NCBI GenBank assembly: GCA_947501605.1
Contig: CANMWZ010000032.1
Location: 1-48,972, forward strand
DNA from: Planctomycetota bacterium
Lineage (GTDB): Bacteria > Planctomycetota > UBA1135 > UBA2386
Direction of reading: 5' to 3'
Length of the DNA stretch: 48,972 nt
Positions within the stretch are counted from its first letter, which is position 1, and every line of letters starts with the position of its first letter. A program made the position numbers and the translations under genes. Of the stretch, positions 41,040-48,972 are shown piece after piece. Below the pieces are notes generated by a model, which made no database searches, was not told the origin of the DNA, and was given only the letters and a program-made list of their open reading frames with translations.

Positions 41040-41834
41040 TCAGTGCGCGTCGTGGCGAAGTTCGCAGGTCTCGTAGACCGGGCCTTCGGTGCAGGTCTTC
41101 GAGTAGGGCCAGCCCTTGAAGCGCTCGCCCTGCACCGCGACCGAGCAGCCGTTGCACACGCCGTAGCCGCACGCCATGTAGGTCTCGAGCGACAAGAAGC
41201 AGCGCAGCGAGCGGCGTTCGCAGACCTTCGCCACGGCCTCCATCATCGGGTCGGGGCCGCAGCAGAACACGACCGCGCCCTTCTCGATCTCGCCGCGATC
41301 GAGCTGCGCTTCGAGCAGCGCCGTGACGCGACCGTGGAGGCCGAAGCTGCCGTCGTCGGTCGACATCGACATGCGCGCGAGGCCTTCGAAGTCCTCCATG
41401 CCGGCGAGCGAGGGCCGATTGCGGCCGCCGAACAACAACCGCAGCGGCGACTTCGCGGCGGCCTTGCGTTCGCGCGCCAGCAACAAGAACGGGGCGAGCC
41501 CGACGCCGCCGGCGACGCACACGGGATCGTCGAACTCAGCCGAGAACGGCTGACCGAGCGGCCCGGTGAGATGCACGCGTTCGCCAGGCTTCTGGTCGAC
41601 CAACGCGCGCGTGCCCGGCCCCACGGCCTTGATCAGGAAGCTGCCGCGGCTGCCGTCCGCCGCGCGGTCGTAGAGCGAGAACGGACGCGGCAGCATCACC
41701 GGCCAGCGATGCTCGGTTCGCAGCATGTAGAACTGGCCCGGCCGCGTCACCGGAACGGGACCGTCGACCTCCAGGGCGTAGCTGTCGCCGCCGAGGTCGC
41801 GCACGGCTGCGACGGTGTGGAGCCTTGTCTGCAT
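41040..41834 (-). CDS. pyrK: Dihydroorotate dehydrogenase electron-transfer subunit
   Basis: RPFSL, AGGVGLAP, CGPDPM and MACGYGVCNGC...CTEGPV. Confidence 0.9.
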   Translation of the reverse strand: MQTRLHTVAAVRDLGGDSYALEVDGPVPVTRPGQFYMLRTEHRWPVMLPRPFSLYDRAADGSRGSFLIKAVGPGTRALVDQKPGERVHLTGPLGQPFSAEFDDPVCVAGGVGLAPFLLLARERKAAAKSPLRLLFGGRNRPSLAGMEDFEGLARMSMSTDDGSFGLHGRVTALLEAQLDRGEIEKGAVVFCCGPDPMMEAVAKVCERRSLRCFLSLETYMACGYGVCNGCSVAVQGERFKGWPYSKTCTEGPVYETCELRHDAH

Positions 41835-41915
41835 TGCGGATTGGGTAACGGGCGGAGGGGAGAAGGGCAAGTGCCGCTTGCGCCGGTCCGACGTGAGCGG
41901 CACTGTCCCGCGACC

Positions 41916-42734
41916 ATGCTGGAGACGATTGGCTTCGGCGCGATTGCGGCGCTCGTGCTGTTGCTGCTCGACCTCGGACTGCGACGGCTCACGCGCCATC
42001 CCGACACCGGCACCGCAGCGCAGCGCCTCTTGCTCGCCGCGCGCGTCGCCGCCGTGTTCCTGCTGGCCTCGACGCTCGCTTCGGCGTGCCGAACGGGCGC
42101 GTCGCTGCCCGACGACATCCTCTGGGCCGCGGTGTTCGGCATCGGTGGGCTCGCGGCCTTCGAACTCGCACTCGACCTCTCCCTGCGCCCGTTCCGCGGG
42201 GTGCGCGCAGCGGCGCGCGCAGGCAACCTCACCGCCGCAACCGCAGTCGCGGCGCACACCGTCGCCATCGGCATCCTGGTCGCGAACGTGTTCGGCGGCC
42301 GGTCCATGGCCGACCTCGGCCTCGCCGCAGCCTCGTTCGCGATCGGTCAGGTCTCGCTCGTACTGCTGCTCGCGCTGTTCCGCGCCCTCACCAGCTACGA
42401 CGATCGGCAGCAGGTGCTCGACGGCAACCTCGCCGCCGCGCTCGCGCACGGCGGGCTCGCGATCGCCTTGGCCCTCGTCATCGCCCACGCGACCGACGGC
42501 GACTACCAAGGGCCGTGGCCCGCGGTTCGCGACTACGGCATCGCACTCGGCGAAGGGCTCCTCGTGTATCCGCTGCGGCAGTTCTTGGTGCAGTGCGTCA
42601 TCCTGCGCGCGCGCCCATCGCTGTTCGGCGGCGCCCTCGACATCGCAATCGGCCAGCAGCGCGACGTCGGCGCCGGCGCCCTCGAAGGCGGCACCTACCT
42701 CGCCGTAGCCCTGTTCGTCACGCGCCTCGCATGA
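41916..42734 (+). CDS. DUF350 membrane protein (two repeats)
   Basis: GNLTAA, YDDRQQVLDGNLAAAL and QRDVGAGALEG. Confidence 0.85.
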   Translation: MLETIGFGAIAALVLLLLDLGLRRLTRHPDTGTAAQRLLLAARVAAVFLLASTLASACRTGASLPDDILWAAVFGIGGLAAFELALDLSLRPFRGVRAAARAGNLTAATAVAAHTVAIGILVANVFGGRSMADLGLAAASFAIGQVSLVLLLALFRALTSYDDRQQVLDGNLAAALAHGGLAIALALVIAHATDGDYQGPWPAVRDYGIALGEGLLVYPLRQFLVQCVILRARPSLFGGALDIAIGQQRDVGAGALEGGTYLAVALFVTRLA

Positions 42735-43981
42735 CCGACTATCACGCATTCGCGACCTCGCTACAGGCGGAGACGCCGCTGGCGGATCCGTGGTACGAGG
42801 GCGATGAACGCTTCGAAGTCGAGCCGCGCGTAGTGCCTGCCGCAGTGCATGCCGAGCTGTGCGCAGCCGCGGCCGCGATCGCCGCCGCGCACGACGAAGC
42901 GGCGAAGCTCGTGCTCGCCGAGCCCGAACTCGCGACGGCGTTCTTGGGCCTCACCCCCTACCAACTGTGCATGTGGCAGTGCAGCGCACCCGACTGGCAC
43001 GGCATCGCGCGCGCCGACGTGTTCGCAACCGACACCGGCATGCAGGTGTGCGAACTCAACAGCGACACGCCGAGCGGCGAGGCCGAAGCCGTGCTGCTGA
43101 GCGCGCGCGCAAAGGCCACGCGGTCTGACGTCCTCGATCCGAACGCGATGCTGGCGCGCCGCTTTCTGGCGATGATCGAGACCTGCGCCGCTCGCATCGG
43201 CCAGCGCGCGCCCCTCACCGTCGGCATCCTCTATCCGACGGAGATTACCGAAGACCTGTCGATGGTCGCGCTCTACCAGGAGTGGCTCGTCGCGCGCGGC
43301 CACCGCGTCGAACTCGGCTCGCCGTTCAACGTCACCCTCGCAGGCGACGGCCGCGCCGCCGTGCTCGGCGTTCCGTGTGACGTGGTCGTGCGGCACTACA
43401 AGACCGATTGGTTCGGCGAACGCTTGCCCGTCCGCGACGACCAAGAACCGTTCGCCGATCGCATGCCGCTGCACGCCCCGCTGGTCGCACTCGCCACCGC
43501 CGCCGTCGAACGCCGCACCGCCGTGGTCAACCCGTTCGGCTCCGTGCTGACGCAGAACAAGCGCACGATGGCGCTCTTGTGGGAACTGCGCGATCGCTTG
43601 TCGCAAGCGGCCCAGCATGCGATCGCCCGATGGCTGCCGTTCACCACGCGCCTCGAACTCGTCCGCGACGAGTTGTGGCAACAACGCGAGCAGTGGGTGC
43701 TCAAGTCCGACTACGGCTGTGAAGGCGCCGAAGTGGTGCTCGGCCCGCACGTCGACCAAGCCACTTGGGAAGGCGCCCTCGCGCACGCGATCACGCGCCG
43801 CTGGGTGGCGCAGCGCTACTTCGCACCGCAGCAGGACGCGAACGGTCTCGTCTGCAACCACGGCGTCTACCTCGTCGGCGGCGCCCCGGCCGGACTGCTG
43901 CTGCGACTGCATCGGCCCGGGCTGACCGACGATCGCGCCCGCATCGCGCCCGCGCTGGTCGCACGCACGGAGGCAGGTTGA
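42731..43981 (+). CDS. Glutathionylspermidine synthase-like ATP-grasp protein (synthetase domain only)
   Basis: ARADVF, CELNSDTPSG, QNKRTMALLW, WVLKSDYGCEG and VAQRYF; no CHAP amidase domain. Confidence 0.85.
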   Translation: MTDYHAFATSLQAETPLADPWYEGDERFEVEPRVVPAAVHAELCAAAAAIAAAHDEAAKLVLAEPELATAFLGLTPYQLCMWQCSAPDWHGIARADVFATDTGMQVCELNSDTPSGEAEAVLLSARAKATRSDVLDPNAMLARRFLAMIETCAARIGQRAPLTVGILYPTEITEDLSMVALYQEWLVARGHRVELGSPFNVTLAGDGRAAVLGVPCDVVVRHYKTDWFGERLPVRDDQEPFADRMPLHAPLVALATAAVERRTAVVNPFGSVLTQNKRTMALLWELRDRLSQAAQHAIARWLPFTTRLELVRDELWQQREQWVLKSDYGCEGAEVVLGPHVDQATWEGALAHAITRRWVAQRYFAPQQDANGLVCNHGVYLVGGAPAGLLLRLHRPGLTDDRARIAPALVARTEAG

Positions 43982-45303
43982 TGAACCCCGAACGCGATGC
44001 GACGCCGTTCGCAGTGCAAGTGGTCTACGACCAGGACGAGGTGCTCGGCGCGCGCTGGTGGCAGGAGGATGTGGCGGCGATCACGCTGGGCGCCAGTGGG
44101 GCGAGCGAACTGAGCAACGTCGACCAGTCGCGCCGCACGGCTCTCAAGCTCTTGGTGGTCCTCGGCGGCGGTGCGGTCCTCCTCGGTGGCGCCTTCTCGC
44201 AGTGTTCGTCATCGTCGTCGAAGACGACACGCGCATCGTCCCTCGAGTGGCAACGCAAGTTCGGCCTCGCCTACGGCGCTACGGGGGTCGCGTTCGATTG
44301 GCCCGATGCAATCGCCACCGACGTCGCCAACGGCCGCATCGATGCGGCCAAGCTCGACAAGCTCGCCGAAGAACTGTCGCCGCGCGACCGCGCCTCCGTG
44401 CCGGCCTATGTGCCGACGCTGTTGCAAGCCTGCGCCGCGGCCGGGACCAGCGAACTCACGCGCGATCTGAAGTGCATCCGTTCGCCGGCGATGCTGACGG
44501 CGTTCGCGCGCGGCGAGGCCATGCGCGAACTCTTCGCGGCGGAACCCGAGGCGCACAAGGTGGCCCTGATCGTCGACCTTCCGGGCCCAGAGAGCGTGGC
44601 CTTTGCTGCCGCGGTCCAACCCAAAGCGACCGCGGTGTTCACGTTCGACAACTGGCCGCACCCGCACGGTGTAGTGCCCGCACACCTCACCCTCGGCGCG
44701 CTGCTCTACCACCGTCCGCAGTTTCGCGCCGAACGTGAGAGCAAGGTGCGACCGCCGCAGTTCGTGCTCGATCGCAATCGACTGCTGCCCTATCGCAACG
44801 AACCGGATCGCTTCGACAACCGCTACATCGCCAGATTGCCCGACGCTGCGTTCTTGAAGCGGCAGGGCATCGAACGCGTGCTCTACGTAGCCCCCGAAGG
44901 CGCACCCGAAGTCGAGCCCGACGACTGCAACGAGACGTTCGTGGCCTACCGACAGGCCGCCCTCGACGTCCGCCTCATGGGCCTCGGCGACTTCCAACTG
45001 GCCACGGCCTCGCTGGCACCAGGATCGAAGCCGACCACCGAGCCGCGCCCGCGTTACTACTGGGGTGGCAGCCCGCTGTACCACGGCTGGTTCTGGATGC
45101 AGCACGGCCTGCTGAGCAGCGGCCGCGGTCTCGGCGCGACCGCACCGACGCAGCGCATGTTCGGTGCGGATTACCGGCCATCGCCGCGCGACCTATCGCG
45201 CAGCGACTTGGCCCGCGTTGGCATCGGCGAGTTCCGCTCTGGCGGCGCCAGCAGCAGTGGCTCGCGCGGCCGCTCGCGCTTCTTTGGAGGCTTTGGTGGC
45301 TAG
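43981..45303 (+). CDS. Hypothetical membrane/exported protein with a Gly/Ser-rich tail ending FGGFGG
   Basis: TGATG coupling; SRRTALKLL followed by a hydrophobic segment and Cys. Confidence 0.8.
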   Translation: MNPERDATPFAVQVVYDQDEVLGARWWQEDVAAITLGASGASELSNVDQSRRTALKLLVVLGGGAVLLGGAFSQCSSSSSKTTRASSLEWQRKFGLAYGATGVAFDWPDAIATDVANGRIDAAKLDKLAEELSPRDRASVPAYVPTLLQACAAAGTSELTRDLKCIRSPAMLTAFARGEAMRELFAAEPEAHKVALIVDLPGPESVAFAAAVQPKATAVFTFDNWPHPHGVVPAHLTLGALLYHRPQFRAERESKVRPPQFVLDRNRLLPYRNEPDRFDNRYIARLPDAAFLKRQGIERVLYVAPEGAPEVEPDDCNETFVAYRQAALDVRLMGLGDFQLATASLAPGSKPTTEPRPRYYWGGSPLYHGWFWMQHGLLSSGRGLGATAPTQRMFGADYRPSPRDLSRSDLARVGIGEFRSGGASSSGSRGRSRFFGGFGG

Positions 45304-45859
45304 TTCCAGCGGCACCTTCTTTGGCATCCAGGTCGCGATTCGCACCAGCCGCAATGATCCGTGGCGCGCGCGCCTCTGTGATCTGATCCGCGACCACATG
45401 CGCGACATGTCGTGGCAGGACCACCGCGGCTTCTATGGCGCACTCACTAACCTGCTGCTCGAAGCGACGGATCGCGCGACGCTCGGCACCTGGGACCTCG
45501 TGCCGGACGGCGGTGCCGAGTACGACGACTGGATCAGCGGCATCGAAGACGATGTCTCGACCCCGTGGGTGCCGGACCCATCCGGCGCCGCGATGGATCA
45601 CGTCCTGGTCTCGGTGATGTTCCTGCTGCAGAAGCACGGACCGAGCGCGCAACTCTGCGGCGAACGCCTGGACCTGTCGGAGTCGACGTGGACCGCGCGC
45701 GGCACCTATCGCTATCTGTTCGAGACGATCCCGATGCTCGACCACCGCAGCATCCTCGGCGATGCCGCCTTTGTCACACCTGGCGGTGCGGGACTCGGAC
45801 TGTCGCTGACCGAACTGCGCGGCGACGGCTATCAGTACCTGGACACGATCCGGAAGTGA
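45296..45859 (+). CDS. Hypothetical protein (weak DUF1517-like appearance)
   Basis: GGAGG RBS, with a GTG start overlapping the previous stop. Confidence 0.7.
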   Translation: MASSSGTFFGIQVAIRTSRNDPWRARLCDLIRDHMRDMSWQDHRGFYGALTNLLLEATDRATLGTWDLVPDGGAEYDDWISGIEDDVSTPWVPDPSGAAMDHVLVSVMFLLQKHGPSAQLCGERLDLSESTWTARGTYRYLFETIPMLDHRSILGDAAFVTPGGAGLGLSLTELRGDGYQYLDTIRK

Positions 45860-45875
45860 TCGCCGAAGAGCCTGC

Positions 45876-47438
45876 TCAGGAGCTGCACGACAGCGCCGAG
45901 CAGCCGGGCTTGTCCTTGGCCCAGTCCGGTCGCTTCTGCGCCAGGTCCTCGTGTTCTGGCTGTTCGTCGAAGGGTCGCTCCATCACGGTCAGCAGACGCT
46001 GCACCTTGCTGAGGTCGCCCGCGTGCGCCGCATCGATGGCCTCTTGGGCGAGCCAGTTGCGCAGCACGAACTTGGGGTTGGCGCGTTGCATGAGGGTCAC
46101 GTTCGCGGCCACGTCGCCCCGCTCACTGCGCGCGCGCCGCCACCATTGTTGCACCCACAAATGCCCCGCTTCGACATGCTGCCGCGGCGCCTCGCCGTAG
46201 AAGGTCGCGAGGATACTCGCCGGCATGGTGGCAGGCTCGTCGTCGCGCAGCAGCAACGGCCCGAGTGCGCGAAAGAACAGCGTCATGTCCGTCGGCGCGG
46301 CGCCGAGCCACGCAAACAGCCGCTGCACCAGCTCGCCATCGCCCGCCGCCGCATCGAAGCGGATGCCGAGCTTCTGCTCGAAGTGACCGCGCGCCGCCTC
46401 GGCATAGGCCGACTGAAAGCCCTCGATCGCGGCCTCGCCAACGTCCTCGTCGCCTTCAAACAACGGCAGCATCGCGTCCGCGAGGCGGGCGACGTTCCAC
46501 GCCCCGACGCCTGGTTGGTTGCCGAATGCATAGCGATGGTGCGTCGCATCGGTGGTGTTGGGCGTCCACGACAAGTCGAAGTCGTCGATCCATCCATACG
46601 GCCCGTAGTCGATCGTGAGCCCGAGCAGCGACATGTTGTCGGTGTTCATCACGCCGTGCACGAACCCGACCGCCTGCCAGTGCGCGATCAGCTTGGCCGT
46701 GCGCACGGACACTTCCTGCAGCATCGCCTCGTAGGCCTCGCGACGCGGCGCGCCGAGGTGGGCGAAGAAGTGCTGAAGGGCAAACGCTGCGAGCGTTCGC
46801 AGTAGCTCGCTGTCGCCACGCGAGGTCGGCAGCTCGAAGTTGCCAAAGCGCAAGAACGACGGCGCGACGCGGCAGACGATGGCCCCTGGTTCGTGCTTCG
46901 GATTGCCGTCATAGAACATGTCGCGCACGACGAGGTCGCCGGTCGCCACCAACGACAGCGCCCGCGTGGTCGGCACGCCGAGGGCATGCATCGCCTCGCT
47001 GCACAAGAACTCGCGGATCGAGGACCGCAACACCGCGCGCCCATCGCCGCGACGCGAGTAGGCCGTAGGACCAGCACCCTTCCACTGCAGCTCGTGCACG
47101 CGACCGTCCGGGCCCACGAGTTCACCGAGCGTGATCGCGCGCCCGTCGCCGAGTTGCCCGGCCCAGTTGCCAAACTGGTGCCCGCCGTAGTTGGCGGCAT
47201 AGGGCGCCATGCCAGGCCATTGCGCGTTGCCGCCGAGCACCGACGCGGTCTCGGCATCGGCCATGGCTTCGTCGATGCCGAGTTCGCGCGCGAGCGGCCG
47301 CGACCATGCCAGCAGACGCGGCGCGGCGACCGGGGTGGGCTCGACGCGGGACCACAAAGCGCCGTGCACTTGGCGGGAGACCGGGCGACTGTCGGTGTCG
47401 CCGGGCAAGTGGTCGAGAAAGCGGCGGAGGAAGCGCAC
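45876..47438 (-). CDS. selO: Protein adenylyltransferase SelO (YdiU family)
   Basis: YGGHQFGNWAGQLGDGRA, KGAGPTAYSRRGDGRAVLRSSIRE, HGVMNTDN and C-terminal CSALSCSS. Confidence 0.96.
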   Translation of the reverse strand: MRFLRRFLDHLPGDTDSRPVSRQVHGALWSRVEPTPVAAPRLLAWSRPLARELGIDEAMADAETASVLGGNAQWPGMAPYAANYGGHQFGNWAGQLGDGRAITLGELVGPDGRVHELQWKGAGPTAYSRRGDGRAVLRSSIREFLCSEAMHALGVPTTRALSLVATGDLVVRDMFYDGNPKHEPGAIVCRVAPSFLRFGNFELPTSRGDSELLRTLAAFALQHFFAHLGAPRREAYEAMLQEVSVRTAKLIAHWQAVGFVHGVMNTDNMSLLGLTIDYGPYGWIDDFDLSWTPNTTDATHHRYAFGNQPGVGAWNVARLADAMLPLFEGDEDVGEAAIEGFQSAYAEAARGHFEQKLGIRFDAAAGDGELVQRLFAWLGAAPTDMTLFFRALGPLLLRDDEPATMPASILATFYGEAPRQHVEAGHLWVQQWWRRARSERGDVAANVTLMQRANPKFVLRNWLAQEAIDAAHAGDLSKVQRLLTVMERPFDEQPEHEDLAQKRPDWAKDKPGCSALSCSS

Positions 47439-47498
47439 AGGAGAACGCGGCGAGCATGGGCCGGGCGCACACCCCGCGCAACCCGCGTGATCCTCGAA

Positions 47499-48635
47499 TC
47501 AGCGGCGCTTCGCCGCGGCATCGAGCGCGAAGAACTCGATGCGACGCGTGCGCGCCCCACCGGTGCCGACCCAGTGGCACGACCAAAAGCCAAGGCCACT
47601 GGCGAAGGTCCCTGCCGCCGCGACCGGGCTCTCGCCATAGGTGGGCAAGACGACCTCGACGCGAGAACCGTCGTCGAGCCGGAACGCAGCGAGCTGCGAG
47701 GGCTCCTTGCGCATGGCGACGAGCACGACCTCCACTTCGGCACCGCCTTGGCGCAACGTTCCGCAACCCAGCGGATGCGAGTCCTCGCCGAACTCGAGCT
47801 TGGCCGTCGCGTCGTCGTCGAGCGTGTAGCGCACGAGTGTGGTCTCCTCGAAGTCGCCCTCGACGACGAACTTCGCGCTCGGCGAGGCAAACAGGTCGAC
47901 GAAGTGGCCGCCGCGCAGGTCTCCATCGATCGCCTTCGATTGGCGCGACTCGACATCGAAGGCGAGCAGGTTCCACATCTTCGCGTCGATGCGCTGCGCG
48001 TGCAGGATGCGCAGCCCGGTTACTGCGAACGCATCGCCGCGCGAGGCGTAACACGGCAGCCGCGCGACCTCGTTGTGGGTTGCGAGTTCGAAGACCACCG
48101 CATAGGTGTCGGCTTCCTGGTTCTTCGACGCGACGCGACACGCGACGAACCGCCCGTCGGCAGCGAAGCGGATCGCGGGGTACTGCAGGTGGATCGACAC
48201 CTCGAGCGGCGGATCGAAGCGCTGCGCGCCGGTCTTGAGATCGAGCACGCCAGCCTTGCTGTCCACGGTCCACCACGCGACGAGGTGCTCGTGCTGCTGC
48301 ACGCCGAGCACCGTGCGGCGTTCATGCACGAGGTGCTCGCTGCGGTTGCCGTTCTGGTCGACGTGGACGAGGCGACCGTCGCGTAGACCGAGGGTGTAGG
48401 AGTGGTCGTTGCCGAGAGAGACGGAGGCGACGTCACCGCGATCGGACAGGTCTTCGGTGGTTTGGGTGCGGGCGTCGACGCGGATCGCCGTGGCGTTGGC
48501 GACGATCGCGACGAACTGGTCGTCGGGGGAGGTGGCGACGTGCTGGGTCGCGACTGGATGGACGGCGAAGGGTTCCTGCTCGCGCTGGGGCTGCGGGAGT
48601 TGGAGCAGGAGCAGAGTCGTGGCAATGGACAGCAT
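47499..48635 (-). CDS. Secreted beta-propeller-like (WD40-like) protein
   Basis: Signal-like N-terminus with repeats such as SPDDQFVA, FAADGRFVA and SPSAKFVV. Confidence 0.65.
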   Translation of the reverse strand: MLSIATTLLLLQLPQPQREQEPFAVHPVATQHVATSPDDQFVAIVANATAIRVDARTQTTEDLSDRGDVASVSLGNDHSYTLGLRDGRLVHVDQNGNRSEHLVHERRTVLGVQQHEHLVAWWTVDSKAGVLDLKTGAQRFDPPLEVSIHLQYPAIRFAADGRFVACRVASKNQEADTYAVVFELATHNEVARLPCYASRGDAFAVTGLRILHAQRIDAKMWNLLAFDVESRQSKAIDGDLRGGHFVDLFASPSAKFVVEGDFEETTLVRYTLDDDATAKLEFGEDSHPLGCGTLRQGGAEVEVVLVAMRKEPSQLAAFRLDDGSRVEVVLPTYGESPVAAAGTFASGLGFWSCHWVGTGGARTRRIEFFALDAAAKRR

Positions 48636-48777
48636 GGGGTGCGTGCGCAGGCGCATCGCGCTTGCACGGCGGAGCGCATGCTACCTGGACTTGGAGCGGG
48701 CTCGAAAGCACCCGGCACAAGGACGCATTGACGACCGTCGCGCAGGCCCCTAGCTTCGTTCGCGAACAAGGGATGCC

Positions 48778-48972
48778 ATGAAGATCACTCGACTGCTCGC
48801 TGTCATTTTTCTCGCAGGGGTGTCTGTCGGCCAGGGTTGGGTAGAACGCACCCAGCTCGTTCGACCGGCCGCGCGGATCGGCCACGGGATGTGCTGGGAT
48901 CCGGTGCGTGGGTATGTGCTGATGGCTGGGGGAATTCCTTCTTCTACAAGCCTGGGCTCCACCGCTGTCAAC
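48778..48972 (+). CDS. Secreted kelch-repeat-like protein, 5' part only
   Basis: MKITRLLAVIFLAGVSVGQGW...PAARIGHGMCWDPVRGYVLMAGG; runs off the window. Confidence 0.7.
   Translation, partial: MKITRLLAVIFLAGVSVGQGWVERTQLVRPAARIGHGMCWDPVRGYVLMAGGIPSSTSLGSTAVN

Noticed and set aside
41835..42749. N-terminal extensions in the ORF track (pyrK to 42749, MFP to 39345, the 39083 start of the 41026 ORF)
   Set aside because: They overlap other supported genes, and recognisable protein sequence begins only at the downstream starts used.
45876..45890. SelO as a second selenoprotein
   Set aside because: The C-terminus is encoded as Cys-Ser-Ser followed by a normal stop, with no internal UGA.

Overview
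GC-rich bacterial chromosomal window, most likely from a planctomycete (inferred from the DUF1552/DUF1592-type gene pair and several lineage-typical secreted proteins). It holds about 45 CDSs and no rRNA, tRNA, CRISPR array or transposase. Recognisable genes are a CDGSH Fe-S protein, a GltP-family symporter, two histidine kinases, rpmG, an SDR/enoyl-CoA hydratase/acyl-CoA dehydrogenase cluster, an isolated DUF4388-motA-motB group, a PaaK-like ligase, a NemR-like TetR with an RND efflux operon, pyrK, a DUF350/GSP-synthase-like four-gene operon and selO. The strongest hidden signal is a secreted thioredoxin-fold selenoprotein that the ORF track splits in two: an in-frame UGA gives U-G-P-C and is followed by a SECIS-like hairpin (7820-8737, minus). 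Other candidates are three identically spaced sigma28-like promoters, a GGA-rich terminated small RNA, two structured intergenic RNAs, a C-terminal domain shared by four secreted proteins, and a possible ATP-grasp system modifying a protein C-terminus. All family assignments come from motif recognition by eye; no database searches were run.
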